Notes: generated by a model from the sequence alone, not told the origin. 64,000 bases of DNA from Ranitomeya imitator (GCF_032444005.1 NC_091288.1:201748001-201812000), one strand, 5' to 3'. Positions 1 to 13,060 are shown, counted from the stretch's first letter. Translations and numbers: made by a program.

Positions 1-168
1 CAGGTGAGTAGCGTACGTATTTTCTATTTTATTTTGAATGGGGCGAAATGGGGTTTGATTTTAACTTTTATATATATATGTTTAAGATTTTTAAATACTT
101 TTTTTTTTTTTTAGTTTTGCATGCTTCAATAGTCTCCATGGGAGACTAGAAGCTGCAGTTGTCTAATC

Positions 169-330
169 CAGAGGTCCCCAACTCCAGTCCTCAAGGCCCA
201 CCAACATGTCATGTTTTCAGGATTTCCTTAGTCTTGCCCAGGTAATAATTGCATCACCTGTGCAATGCAAAGGAAATCCTGAAAAAATGACCTGTTGGTG
301 GGCCTTGAGGACTGGAGTTGGGGACCTCTG
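169..330. mobile_element. hAT-type MITE (palindromic)
   Basis: Long terminal inverted repeat CAGAGGTCCCCAACTCCAG...CTGGAGTTGGGGACCTCTG; 8-bp target duplication GTCTAATC at 161-168 and 331-338. Confidence 0.85.
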
Positions 331-1106
331 GTCTAATCGGCTCTGCTACACACAGGCAATGAATATTGATTGCCTGTGTGTATCAGAAATGCTCACATGT
401 GATGAGCGCCAACCACTGGGAGGCGCTCATAGCAATCCGGCTATGACAACCATAGAGGTCTGATGGAGACCTCTGGTTGGCATGCCAACCCATTGGTGAC
501 CCGCGATCACATGACAGGGTCACTGATGGGCAGGATTTCAGTAAACCCCAGTTAAATGCCGCTGTCAGAGATTTACAGCAACATTTAACTGGTCAACAAC
601 AGCGGGTGGATCATGATTCCACGTGCGGCTGTTAGAGGCACATGTCAGCTGTTAAAAACAGCTGACATGTGGCGGGAAAAATGTGGGCTCAGCGCAGGAC
701 TCCCATCGAAGGAAGGGATTCCGACGTGGGCGTACTATTACTCCCAACGTCGGAAAGGGGTTAAAAATAACAAATACAGTTATAATTACCTTACGCCTAT
801 TTCATAGAAGCCATGGTCTCCTGTAAAAAAGGCTGTCAAGTTTGGGGCAGGAGACCTGGGACCAGTCCATGCAACACACAAATGTATCAATCGGGCATAT
901 GGTAAGTTCAGGTGGTGGCAGATTCTTTATGGCAATAATATAAGGAACATTTTCTGCACAGAATAATGGCCATGCATAGTAAGATTCTGCACCACAAATC
1001 CACACTAAATGTACATATTGCGCCTCCTGACAGCTGCTGGCCTGGACACTTCAAAAAGCACCACAAAAAAATATATTAGATAGATAGATAATGTTGGGGT
1101 ACTCAC

Positions 1107-1222
1107 CGAAATGGGCGCTGAGCCACGCTCTTCGTCACGGCACATACATGCTGCCCGAGCTGCTTCCAAGTGTCTAGGTTTAACACCTCCATGTTGTAAT
1201 ACAGCTGTAGAAACACAAGGGC
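1107..1222 (-). CDS. EME2: EME2 coding exon 6 (ALVFLQLYYNMEVLNLDTWKQLGQHVCAVTKSVAQRPF)
   Basis: AG/GT bounded, phase-compatible with exon 5; resembles human EME2 ALVLLQLWANLDVLLVASWQELSRHVCAVTKALAQYP (recalled). Later exons not found in window. Confidence 0.9.
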
Positions 1223-1689
1223 CTGACCTCCCAGAGCGCAACAAGGAGAAGACAAATGTATTACACAATTAACCTTCATTTATATTGAGAATCAGCGCTG
1301 AACTGCCTGTTCCTCAAGCACTGAACGCAGAGAGCTGAGCGGTCCCTGACGCCATGATTTCACTTCTGCCGTATTTCTAGAGAACCTGTGGTCCTTAAAT
1401 AAGCATATTATTAGCCCTGAACCTAATACCCTCATGAAATAAAACGGTCAGTGTTGCCAATAACAACCAATCTGATCTCAGCTTTCGTTTTTTAAACTGC
1501 TCTGGAAAGAAGAAAGCTGCACTGCGATTGGTTGCTCGGGGAAAGGGCTAGTTTTTACTATTTTGATAAATGAGGCCTAAGGTCTCTTACTCATCCTGTG
1601 TCATTATAACCTCAAAGATGGGGTTGGCTAAATATATTATTAATTAATATTACATATGGTGAAATATAGAAAACAACCAATTAGCTCAC

Positions 1690-1789
1690 CTCATCTATTT
1701 GTCTCCAGGTTACCCAACCATCTTCCTCATCGGGCTTTGATTTCACCTCCAGCGAATGCCTCTCCATTTTGTGAGACAGCCTTTGACAT
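1690..1789 (-). CDS. EME2: EME2 coding exon 5 (CQRLSHKMERHSLEVKSKPDEEDGWVTWRQIDE)
   Basis: AG/GT bounded, 100 nt, phase 2 to 0; VTWRQIDE matches EME2 VSWPEVEE. Confidence 0.85.
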
Positions 1790-1940
1790 CTACGAGTGTG
1801 AATAAACATCTAATGGAAGAGTCTGGACACTCACTGTACGCGGTTTTATTAAGAGACCTGCCCCCAAAATTCTCAACGTCACAATGTTAAAAAGGTGAAA
1901 ACCTTTAGGATATATTTCTTCTTGGCTGCAATACGACAAT

Positions 1941-2227
1941 TTAAGGCTTTGTTCACATTTGCGTTGTGCGGTGCTGCGTCGGCGACGCAACGCATGCAAA
2001 ACGCAGCTTTTTGTGACGCATGCGTTCATTTTTTCATGATTTTTGGCGCAGAAAAAACTGCATCATGCAGCGTTTTCTGTTGCGCCAAAAAGATGCATGC
2101 GTCACAAAACGCAAGACAACGCATGTCCATGCGCCCCCCATGTTAAATAGAAGGGCGCATGGCGCATGCGTCACCGCGGCTGCGCCTGACGCAGCCCCAC
2201 AAAACGCTAATGTGAACGTAGCCATAA
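1941..2227. mobile_element. T2/Kolobok-like MITE
   Basis: TTAAGGC..TTCACATT terminal repeat with inverted AATGTGAAC..GCCATAA; internally palindromic with GCATGCG motifs. Confidence 0.65.
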
Positions 2228-3086
2228 AGGGGTTTTCCTGTACTTTGAAATTGATGGTAAAGAAAAGATACGGCCATAATGGCCCCATTAGACTGATTTA
2301 ATGGATATCTGTAATGAAAAGAATCCGTAGCCTGGTTCTTGTTTAATTCACCTTAGAAATGTTGGTGCAATTATTATTATTATCATTATTATTTATTATT
2401 ATAGCGCCATTTATTCCATGGCGCTTTACATGTGAGGAGGGGTATACATAATAACCTCTTTGTGCATCAGGGACTATGAAGAATATTTTTCTTTGCTGTG
2501 GCCCCTCTGCATTTGTATGTTCCTCATTTTTTAAATTTTGCGCTAGTGCTGCAATTGGCACCGGTGGCGCTTGCGCACATTCTTGTCCCTGTGGTCTCCA
2601 GCAAAATGGTGCCGCTGACAGCACATGCACAGATTGAGATCTCAGGTTGTCATTGAGCCAAGATTTCAATCTGCACATAGACAGCCACCAGTGCCATTTT
2701 GCTGACCTGAGCATGTGCTGCCTCCGGGGCCATTTTGTTGGAGCCTGCCAAAGGCTGACCTGAGCATGTGCTGCCTCCGGGGCCATTTTGTTAGAGAACA
2801 CCGGGACATTAATGTGCACAAATGCCGCCCATGGCAAGAGAGACGCTAGCACAAACTTTAAAGAAGGAGCCCAATACATATGTTGAGGTGCTACATCACA
2901 GTCGAAGACCCTAGCCATAGTCCTGCCCCGATGCACAAAGTGGCTATTGCACCAAAACTTCTAATGTGAATAAAACAAGTACCAGAATACCATTTTTTTC
3001 AGTACAGGTATCCATTAAATCAGTATATCAGGGGCATCATGGCCACACCTATACACAGGTTATATTGCAATGACTGATTCTCTTTA

Positions 3087-3287
3087 TAAGGCTACCGTCA
3101 CACTAGCAGTATTTGGTCAGTATTTTACATCAGTATTTCTCAGCCAAAACCAGGAGTGGGTGATAAATGCTGAAGTGGTGCAGATGTTTCTAGGATACTT
3201 TTCCTCTAATTGTTCCACTCCTGCTTTTGGCTGAGAAATACTGATGTAAAATACTGACCGAATACTGCTAGTGTGACGGCAGCCTAA
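3087..3287. mobile_element. T2/Kolobok-like MITE
   Basis: TAAGGCTACCGTCACACTAGCAGTATT ... AATACTGCTAGTGTGACGGCAGCCTAA near-perfect hairpin. Confidence 0.7.
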
Positions 3288-3596
3288 CAGTGAACAGACC
3301 CTGGAGTGTCCACCCTCAAATACTGCAGCTCAGCTCTTATTGAAGTGAATGGGAGCCGAGCTGTAGTACCCGAGGAAGCCCCTGACGATGCACACAGGTG
3401 TGCCGTTCTGCTTTGTACAGCATTTGCATCTAGCCACAGCAGTACCTGCTAACACAGCTGGTGAGCGAGGGTGCCAGGAGTCAGACCCCCATTGCCCTCA
3501 TATTGACGACCTAACCTATGGATCTGTCAATTGCTAAAGTCCCGCAAAACCCCTTTAAATTAATTACAAAGGACCTATGAAAATAATAGCACTTGC

Positions 3597-3709
3597 CTAC
3601 GATAGTCTCGGAGTCCCAAAATGACCAATGTGATTTTCTTATCAGGGTACTTCTTGGCAAATCCAAACACAGAACCTGGGGTCTCTTCATTACTGGAGGT
3701 TTCTGGAGC
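3597..3709 (-). CDS. EME2: EME2 coding exon 4 (APETSSNEETPGSVFGFAKKYPDKKITLVILGLRDYR)
   Basis: CAG acceptor; 113 nt, phase 0 to 2, fits exons 3 and 5; ITLVILGLRDY resembles EME2 HLAVIGLDAY; donor is AG|GCAAGT. Confidence 0.85.
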
Positions 3710-4005
3710 CTGCGGTGTACAGCACGATAATTTAAATATACAGATAAGCCAAGTGGGTGTGGTTCTTAAGGAAATGCCCGCACTAAACAGTTAATGATCA
3801 CGCCCACTGCGTAAAAAGATGTAAATTACACACAGAGGGGGAAAAAGGCCACAACTCTGATACGGAGAGGGACAGGAACAAAAGAAAAACAAAGTCAGAT
3901 TCAGGAGATCAGCGGCATTTACTCCAGGTTAAAAAAAAAAACTACAACATTTATGCCAAGTAATAAATGTATGTATGTATGTATGTATGTATGTATATAT
4001 ATATA

Positions 4006-4819
4006 CTAGATTGTGGCCCGATTCTAACGCATCGGGTATTCTAGAATATGCATGTCCCCGTAGTATATGGACAATGATGATTCCAGAATTTGCGGCAGAC
4101 TGTGCCCGTCGCTGATTGTTTGAGGCAACCTTTATGACATCATCGTCGCCATGGCAACCATTATGACATCTACGTCAATACTGTGCCCGTCGCTGAATCA
4201 GAAACGTGAGATGTCTACGTCCTTTATGACATCATCGTCGCTGTGCCCGTCGCTGATTGGTCGAGGCCTGGCGGCCTCGACCAATCAGAGACGCGGGATT
4301 TCTACGTCGATGCTGTGCTGGTCTCTGATTGGTTGAGGCCTGGTGGCCTCGACCAATCAGAGAGCCGGGATTTCCAGGACAGACAGACAGACAGACAGAC
4401 AGACGGAAAAACCCTTAGACAATTATATATATACTAGATTGTGGCCCGATTCTAACGCATCGGGTTTTCTAGAATCTGCATGTCCCCGTAGTATATGGAC
4501 AATGATGATTCCAGAATTCGCGGCAGACTGTGCCCGTCGCTGATTGGTCGAGGCAACCTTTATGACATCATCGTCGCCATGGCAACCATTATGACATCTA
4601 CGTCGATACTGTGCCCGTCGCTGAATCAGAAACGTGAGATGTCTATGTCCTTTATGACATCATCGTCGCTGTGCCCGTTGCTGATTGGTCGAGGCCTGAC
4701 GGCCTCGACCAATCAGACGCGGGATTTCTACGTCCTTTATGACATCATCGTCGCCTCGACCAATCAGAGAGCCGGGATTTCCAGGACAGACAGACAGAAA
4801 GACAGACAGACAGACGGAA
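4006..4819 (-). mobile_element. Two head-to-tail non-autonomous Helitron-like copies (4006-4430; 4434 into gap)
   Basis: 3' end hairpin CCCGATGCGTTAGAATCGGG followed by CTAG, inserted in (TA)n; same termini as the element at 23836-26481. Confidence 0.75.
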
Positions 4820-4949
4820 NNNNNNNNNNNNNNNNNNNNNNNNNNNNNNNNNNNNNNNNNNNNNNNNNNNNNNNNNNNNNNNNNNNNNNNNNNNNNNNNN
4901 NNNNNNNNNNNNNNNNNNNNNNNNNNNNNNNNNNNNNNNNNNNNNNNNN
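4820..4949. other. Assembly gap
   Basis: Run of N. Confidence 0.99.
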
Positions 4950-5082
4950 ACTACTCTTGGAATATCTCCAGATAACCCCTTTGATTTTTGCATAATTAAG
5001 TGATTTGAAACTTTAATATAATTTATATTCATGAATAATTATCGTGTTTTTTTCTAGTAAATGAATGGTACACATGTATGTA

Positions 5083-6981
5083 CAGTTGAAATCAAACTAT
5101 ATAAAATGACACTACATGTGTTCCTCAATATCTGACATAGAGAGAGAGACAGAGAGAGAGAGGAAGAGAGCATCTGAGTGAATTAGTGTTACGGAACTGC
5201 AACACGAGACTAGGGTAGAAGGGGGAAAACTGACCCTGCATTATGAATAGGCTGATACCCTACATGTCTTGTGAATAGACCCACCAACGATCCTAGGCTA
5301 ATCTTAAGCGAAGACCTATAGATAGGGGGAAGGGGGTCCCTAAAAGATATAATGACTGGGTACAAAAAATGGGTCACCTCCTAGTAGAAAACAAAGAGAA
5401 GGCTGCAGATACCAACTGAAAACAGAAACTAAGAGTAGCAGAACCAAAGGTCCCAGTACTGCACTAATTAAACACACAGAAGACTAAGCAAAGGACCAAG
5501 CCAGAACTCAAGCAGATTAGCACTGTTGTCCAGCAAGGGCTGGGAGGCAGGTGCTGGTTAATAAACAGTTATACAAACACCTGACCCAAGACAAACCCAG
5601 CACCAGAGTAAAAAGACCAGCTGCCAGAACACCGTAAGAAAATGGCGGATATTCACAAACTAAACAGATACTAACAATTAGAGACACACTTGTGGATGTA
5701 TTTTAATGCACACCTGAAACACACTGCTTCTTTGTGTAGCATCATGGGAAAGTCTCAAGAAATCAGCCAAGATATCAAGAAGAGAATGGTGGACTTGCAC
5801 AAGTCTGGCTCATCCTTGGGTACAATTACAAGATACCTGAAGGTGCCTCATTAATTTCTACAAACAATTATACAAAAGTACAAACAAGATGGGAATGTCC
5901 AGCCATCATACCGCTCAGGAAGGAGATGGGTTCTGTGTCCCAGAAATTAACGTGCTTTGGTCAGACATGTGCATATAAACAAGGACAAAAGCAAAAGACC
6001 TTGTGAAGATGATGGTTGAAGCTGGTAAGATTGTGTCAATAGCCACAGTGAAATAAGTACTGTATCAACATGGGCTGAAAGGCCACTCTGCCAGGAAGAA
6101 CCCATTACTCCAAAGAAACATAAAAAAAGCCAGATTAATGTTTGCAAATGAACACAGGAACAAAAACCATCATTACTGGAGACATGTCCTGTGGTCTGAT
6201 GAAACTAAAATTGAACTTTCTGGGCATAATGACCATCGTTACGTTTGGAGGAAAAAGGGAGAAGCTTGGAAGCCTAAGAACGCCATCCCAACTATGAAAC
6301 ACAGTGGTAGCAGCATCATGTTGTGGGGTTATTTTGCTGTAGGAGGGACTGGTGGACGTCACAAAATAGATGGCATCATGAGAAAAGAAGATTATGTAGA
6401 AATACTGAAGCAACATCTCAAGACATCAGCCAGGAAGTTAAAGCTTGGGTGGAAATGTGTTTTCCAAAGGGCAATGACCAGAAGCACACTGCCAAAATGT
6501 TAACAAAGTGGCTTAAGGATAACAAAGTCAATGTTTTGGATTTGGAGTTGCCATCACAAAGCCCTGATCTCAATCCTATTGAAAATGTATGGGCAAAGTT
6601 GAAAAGGAGGGTGCGAGCAAAGGCAACCTACAAACCTCGATCAGTTACACCAGCTTTGTCAGGAGGAATAGGCCCAAATTCTGACCAACTATTGTGAGAA
6701 GCTTGTGGAAGGACATCCAACACATTTCGCCCAAGTCATTCAGTTAAGAACAATGATACCAAATACTAGTGAAATTGATGAAAACGTGTGACTTTGCAGT
6801 AAGTAAAAAAAATGCCTTAAAACATTCTCTCATTATTCTGGAATTTGGCAAATATTAATAATTATGGTAATCCTAATTGACCTAAAACAGGAAAGGTTTA
6901 TTCTGATTTAATGTCAGATATTGAGAAAAACATGTAGGCGTGCCATTTTATATAGTGGATGGAAACTTCTGGTTTCAACTG
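5083..6981 (+). mobile_element. Degenerate Tc1/mariner transposon
   Basis: TA|CAGTTGAAA...TTTCAACTG|TA ends; frameshifted transposase from MGKSQEISQD (5744) with WSDETKIEL and [11 protein letters not shown] motifs. Confidence 0.9.
5187..5639. mobile_element. Possible solo LTR inserted in the Tc1 left end
   Basis: TGTTACGG start and CCGTAAGA end resemble TG..CA LTR termini; interrupts the Tc1 inverted repeat. No target duplication seen. Confidence 0.35.
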
Positions 6982-7783
6982 TAAATAAGAAACTTTGTAA
7001 TATATCTTATTGAGAAATTGGCTTATTTCTCCTCCTGGACTGATCTTTCAATCTCAAAATTCTCAATTTACGGGTACAATGTGTCTTCCGTGAATACAGA
7101 TCTCCCATCACTAAGATAGGAGGAGACAGTTGGTGCTCCTAAACTTCTATGGAGAATTTGCAGCAGAATGTCTGGTTGTCTCTAGCTACTCTCTACATAG
7201 AATTTTAAAAGCAACAACTATCATCTCTTAAATCAGTAATGGGAAATAAGTCTATATTGACTACAGATTTTACTCATAAATTGAGAATGAACGATCACTC
7301 CAGGAGGAGAAAGAAGCAGTTTACTCTGAGAAGATATATTACACAGTTGCTTATTTTAATGTGTGCTATGGATTTATGAAATAAAAATGAAAACAGTGAT
7401 TACTCTTTTAGAACATATTTCAACTTACAGTCATTTTCAAGATCACTGTTTGCTGTTAATGAATCGCATAGAGGCCTTCTACTTTCCATAGCTTGTATAC
7501 AGTCTAAAATATTTAGCCTGAACCCAGTGCTGATACATTTCACCTGTGCTGATACATTGTAGCATACCACCAGCACATAAGACATGTGTGTGCTGCTGAT
7601 TATATATGCAGAATACAGATGATTGTTTAGACTTCATATAATTGTAACAACAATTGAACTCCAGCAACGCGGTTACAAGATAGATCTGCAGAATTATACC
7701 ATTCACCAACAGCAAACCGAGATCTTGAAAATAGTAGTGGATCATGGACTGCTTATAACCCACTTCTCGCTCATCCCCTTTAC

Positions 7784-7876
7784 CTGATTGCAGCCACGAA
7801 CACTTAAGAGAAAGTCTTTAGGCTCCACAAGTATCAACATTTCACGTTCTTCTCCTCTGCAAAGCTCCAGACCCTC
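7784..7876 (-). CDS. EME2: EME2 coding exon 3 (EGLELCRGEEREMLILVEPKDFLLSVRGCNQ)
   Basis: AG/GT bounded, 93 nt, phase 0; resembles EME2 GEQELLLLLEPEEFLQGV. Confidence 0.9.
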
Positions 7877-7922
7877 CTGCAAAATAACACAAGAGGCAGA
7901 AAATGAGAGCAGCCCCAATATG

Positions 7923-8874
7923 AGAGCAAAAGAGGGGAGAAGCCAGCGCTGCCTAAGGTTAAGACGCGATACATAAAGTGCAAATGCACATATTGATTTC
8001 TAACTGTATTTTCAAAATGAGACATTTAGCAAACAATTGATCAATTCTTTGAGCCACCCCGCCACTTCACGGCATTCTCATAATGGGGCAGTCCTACACT
8101 ACGTTTTTTATATTCGCTGTGCCATAAAGGCCTCCTAAATGAACTAAAAACAAGACCACATTAAATGCAAGCTGTACCTGGAGCATTACTGAGTCACCCC
8201 CATGGTGCCAGAGGAGGCAAGCGAGGATAAAAGTTGACCAGGTCCAGACAGACATTTCAGATTCAAACTCCACACTGCCCATCCAGAGCCACAGATGAAG
8301 AGTGAGACAGGCTGAGACACAGGTGCATAATTAAACAAAGCGCAGGGCAGGGCTGCTGTGTGTGTGTACAGCAGCCTATCAATCACAGAAACACAGAAAG
8401 AATGGCACATGTAACCCGGCGCGTCGCACGGCAACAGTGGTGGTCAGCCACTTACCAATATCAGAGCAAAAGAGGGGAGAAGCCAGCGCTTTTTCTGTGG
8501 TGCTGGATGGGCAGTGTGGAGGTTGGATCTGAAATGTCTGTCTGGACCTGGTCAACCTTTATCCTCGCTTGTCTGCTTGTCTCCTCTGGCACCATGGGAG
8601 TCATTCAGTAATGCTCCAGGTACAGCTTCCATTTAATGTGGTCTTGCTTTTAGTTCATTTAGGAGGCCTTTATGGCAAAGCGAATATAAAAAACGTAGTG
8701 TAGGACTGCCCCAATATGAGACTGCCGTGAAGAGGCGGGGTGGCTCAAAGAATTGATCAATTGTTTGCTAAATGACTCATTTTGAAAATACAGTTAGAAA
8801 TCAATATGTGCATTTGCACTTTTATGTATTGCGTCTTAACCTTAGGCTGCGCTGGCTTCTCCCCTTTTTTGCTC
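7923..8874. mobile_element. Foldback (long-TIR) element
   Basis: Arms of several hundred bp are inverted copies; flanked by direct repeat AGCCCCAATATG (7911-7922, 8875-8886). Confidence 0.7.
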
Positions 8875-10214
8875 AGCCCCAATATGGACCCAAACCACAA
8901 GTGAAAAAATAATGCTGTAAAAAAAAAAGCGGAAACACTGCACAAAAATTAGGACTTGTATTGGTTGCTTGTTCACATTCCCATCTTTCTTTGGAGCTAG
9001 TTTTCAAAAATCTATAGTTTCACAGGGCTGACTCCAGGAATTTCAGGGCCTCATACTGGCAACATTTTCAGGCTTGCTTGAAAGCTCCTCAAAGGTTCCA
9101 CCACAGGCTCTACCTCCAAGACTCAAACCTTCCACAGTCCCACCGACCACTCTTGGAAAAACGTGCTTTCTGCATCACGTCCTCACATATCACACATTAA
9201 CAGTTTCCATCAAACATCACATACATAGTCATCAGCTTTTGGCCAAAATATTTTTTCAGCTGCTTCCACGACAAGGTAGACTCTGTTGGCCTGGCCCTAC
9301 TCTATTCTAGCCTATTAAAATATTTGGTAAAACACCCAATATTCATTTTAGGCATATTTACTTTTTTTTTTCTTTAAGGGAATGCATCAGATTAATTTTT
9401 TTTTAATGACCATTAATGCCGAATACATGGGACAAATACCATCACACCATGATAAGATCACATATTACCATCACATAGTGACTGTATTTGTCTCCTGTAT
9501 GTGGTATTATTCAGTCACTATGTGGTGGTAACATATGATCCGGCCATAGTATGACTGGATTTGTCCTTTGTACGTGGTATTATTCAGTCATACCATGGTC
9601 GGACCACATATTATCACTACACAATGATTAAATAATATGACATACACAGGACAAATAAAATCACACCATGACTAGATCACATATTAACACCATAGTGACC
9701 GAATACCACCTCATACATGGGAAAAATACCGTGACGCCTTGACCAGACCACACATCACCACCATATAGTGATCATACAATCATACAATACTGATCATTAA
9801 TAAAAAAAATAAAAATAAAAACACAATACTAATATTACCATAAGTGCCATTGTACACAGGAACTCTGTACATTGTATACAATGTATAGTGTTAGTGTACA
9901 GGTGACGCATTGACTCACTGATGACGTCTCAAGTTTAAGTCCTTCATCTTCACTGTTCTTCTTCATCCAGCACAGAAAACTATCACTTCTTCCAGCCTAG
10001 ACTCATCTCTGCAGAAATTAACACACATATCCAGATCACCGCTTCCAGAGCTCTTTCCCTGCTTTTTACCCAACTTCTACAATGCGCCAGATGAAGAAAA
10101 AAAAGTGACAGTGTCACCATGCACGGTAACCAGACCCTCTATTGAAATCAGTATCCTCAAAAATATAAAATAGATTACAGCAGTAATAATATCCCCCTGC
10201 AGTAATGTCTCACA

Positions 10215-10830
10215 TTTTATAATTCACCCCATAGCCATCCATAAAGTGCAATGCATCCCCATAGTCATCCATAGAGTATGATGCACACCCCCTAATTATC
10301 CATAGAGTATAATGCACCCCACAGTTATCCAAAGTATAATGTATCCTCATAGTTAGCCATAGAGTATAATGCCTCCCCATAGTTAGCCATAGAGTATAAT
10401 GCATCCCCATAGTTAGCCATAGAGTATAATGCATCCTCATTGTTAGCCATGGAGTATAATGCATCCCCATTGTTAGCCATAGAGTATAATGCATCCCCAT
10501 AGTTAACCATAGAGTATAATGCATCCTCATTGTTAGCCATAGAGTATAATGCATCCCCATAGTTAACCATAGAGTATAATGCATCCTCATTGTTAGCCAT
10601 AGAGTATAATGCATCCTCATTGTTAGCCATAGAGTATAATGCATCCCCATAGTTTCCCAGAGTATAATGCATCCCATATTTTGCCATAGAGTATAATGCA
10701 TCCCCATAGTTTGCCATAGAGTATAATGCATCCTCCTATCTAGCCATAGAGTAGAATACATCCTCCTACTTAGCCATAGAGAATAATGCATCCTCATAGT
10801 TAGCCATACAGAATAATGCTCAGCCACTAT
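10215..10830. repeat. 30-bp minisatellite (ATGCATCCCCATAGTTAGCCATAGAGTATA)n
   Basis: About 20 tandem units visible; gives 10-aa periodic spurious ORFs. Confidence 0.95.
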
Positions 10831-11222
10831 ATATGGCCACTGTATACTCACCAATTTAAATAAATAGCCTTCACTCCAGTCCCCCACTGTGCAGTTTCCT
10901 TTTCTGAAGCGGCAGCCCCGGTCATGTGGACGCCAACGTCAGCTGCTGGCCTGTGATTATCAGGTACCTTGTATTGCTATCCGTGCACGGGCCAGGGGCC
11001 TGATGGGTCATCATCTGTACACCACGGTCGTTACGCCACTGTCTGAAGCCTGATGAGCAGAAGCAAAAGAGAAGGGGCCTGGACCCAGTCTGGACCCCCT
11101 CCTCTAAGCTTCTGCTCACTGGACACCATACACCAGTACTGATAATAATGCACTCATAGCGGACATGAAGTGTCCATATATTCATTTTCATAAATGTGCA
11201 AATGCTATAAAACTCATCTTAC

Positions 11223-11359
11223 TACACATGTCCAGTCTCCGGGCATCTCTCTCCGCCAAGTGACACTATAGGGAATAGAGTGCGGCTCTATGGCGTAATT
11301 ATAGCTGGCTGTGCTTAAGGATTCCAGAAGATCTTCACATCCAACATCCTGGAGGAGAC
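11223..11359 (-). CDS. EME2: EME2 coding exon 2 (GLLQDVGCEDLLESLSTASYNYAIEPHSIPYSVTWRREMPGDWTCV)
   Basis: AG/GT bounded, phase 1 to 0; resembles EME2 AILEDAGADVLMEAL...IEPQRPARSLRW. Confidence 0.9.
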
Positions 11360-12494
11360 CTGTAGGAAATGCAGTAAGATACCATAGATTTAAACAGGAT
11401 CCATCCCATAGAGACATATTGGGTTCAAAATTTCTCTGCAGAATTGTCTGCAGATAACACTATGCAGAAAAAAAGCATACGTTATCCTTGTTGGAATGGA
11501 GAAACATGCCATAAGATGGCTCCCTGGTGGCCTTAAGCCCTACACTAGGGTCAACCTGAAAAAGCAGAGCCCAATTATAAAGAATGGTGAAGGGACAGTA
11601 TGTCTGTATAGCTGTGGGGGAACTGTAAGTCCTAGCATAGCTGAACTGCAGGTGTAAAGCTACACATTTCCTGGCTTTATACGACACTCCTCTAATCATA
11701 CATACTGCAATCCTATACTGTCACTATCCCAAGGTTTCTTCTGAAATGTTTCATAAAGCCATCCATACAAAGTCCAATGAAAATAAAAACTGGCCACTTT
11801 TAATCAATATTTTGGATCTTATTTGTATCATAATTTGGTACATGCCCCCATTTCTAACATCAGTGTGGCATCCGTTTTCTTGTATAAAAAAAAAAAAAAA
11901 AAAAAAATGAAGGCACTCAAATTACACATCGGTGGCATTGGTCACTGGTGTGTAGTTTTTTTTTTTTTCCCCCCACCGACGCACTGATATAAACAGACAA
12001 TTTAAGTTCATAACTCGGATGAAAACAGACACTTTTTTTTGTTGTTGCAGACACACAGTTTGCCAGAAAGTGAACATAAAGACATGCGAACAGTCCCATA
12101 GACTAATGGTTATGTATATTCAGTGACATAAATGAATAGAACACGTGTGAAAGATGGAGGTCTGAATGTGGTGTCACATACTCACTAGAGATGAGCACAT
12201 AGATTTGCAGAACCCTAGTTCAGCGGACACGTTAGTAGTCCTTGGCTGACAGGAGCCATGCGGGAAAAGCTTCTTACCTGCTGGTTTCCCACCGCCTCTT
12301 CTGATTAGTAGGCCCAGTACGACATCATGCTTATGTCAAGCGGCAACTATGACTTTGTGCTGGGCCTACAAATCCAAAGAGGATCCGGGAACATTAGCAG
12401 GCAGATGGAGGGTTCCTGTTCTGCAGCCACACACTTCAGAAAATTCCTTCCAGTCTCCGTACAGAAATCAGAGTAGCTCCCTGAATCAAAAAGC

Positions 12495-13060
12495 ATCATA
12501 GAATCCAGTGTCCATAACATGTAATGTGATATTTATCCAGAAAGGCATCCAGGCCCTTCTTGAATTTCAGTAGTGAATCTATAATTACAACATCATATGG
12601 GAGAGAGTTCCATAGTTTCACTACTCTTACAGTAAAGGGTCCATAGTCTCACTGTTCTTACAGCAAAGACTCCTTAGTCTCACTGCTCTTACAGTAAATA
12701 ATCCATTGTGTCAATGAACTTACAGTAAAATAATCCATAGTCTCACTGCTCTTACAGTAAATAATCCATAGTGTCACTGCTCTTACAGTAAAGAATTCAC
12801 AGTCTCACTGCTCTTACAGCAAAGAATTCACAGTCTCACTGCTCTTACAGCAAATAATTGTTCTATGTGATTATGAATAAACCTTCTTTTCGCTAGACAT
12901 AGAGGATGCCCCCTTATCAGGGTTACAGGTCTAAGTGTGTATTATAGGTCATTAGAAAGATCTCTGTACTGCCCCCTCATTATGTTTGTACATTGTAATA
13001 GATCACCCTTAAGCCTTCATCTTTCCAAACTGAATAACCCCAAGTTTAATATCCTGTCGT
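12495..13060 (-). mobile_element. Old degenerate CR1 3' fragment containing an internal ~36-bp minisatellite
   Basis: Aligns by eye to 14400-14750 (ATCCAGG..TCTTGAA, CTCACT..ACAGTAAAGAATCC, AATAACCCCAAGTTT). Confidence 0.7.

Noticed and set aside
802-1005. Candidate EME2 exon 7
   Set aside because: No match to the expected FSFC...W..QI.QF segment; the remaining exons probably lie before base 1.
7400-7763. ORFs considered as EME2 exon 4
   Set aside because: No similarity; the exon at 3597-3709 fits both motif and phase.
9915-10015. Exon-like segment (ctgcag|AGATGAGTCTAGG...GTGAGT) in EME2 intron 2
   Set aside because: It has a stop in the required frame and no EME2 similarity; exons 2 and 3 already join in phase.
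10210-10887. Periodic ORFs in the 30-bp, 21-bp (18084-18757), telomere-like (29998-31710) and AT-satellite (40147-40992, 51121-52020) repeats
   Set aside because: Simple repeat translations.
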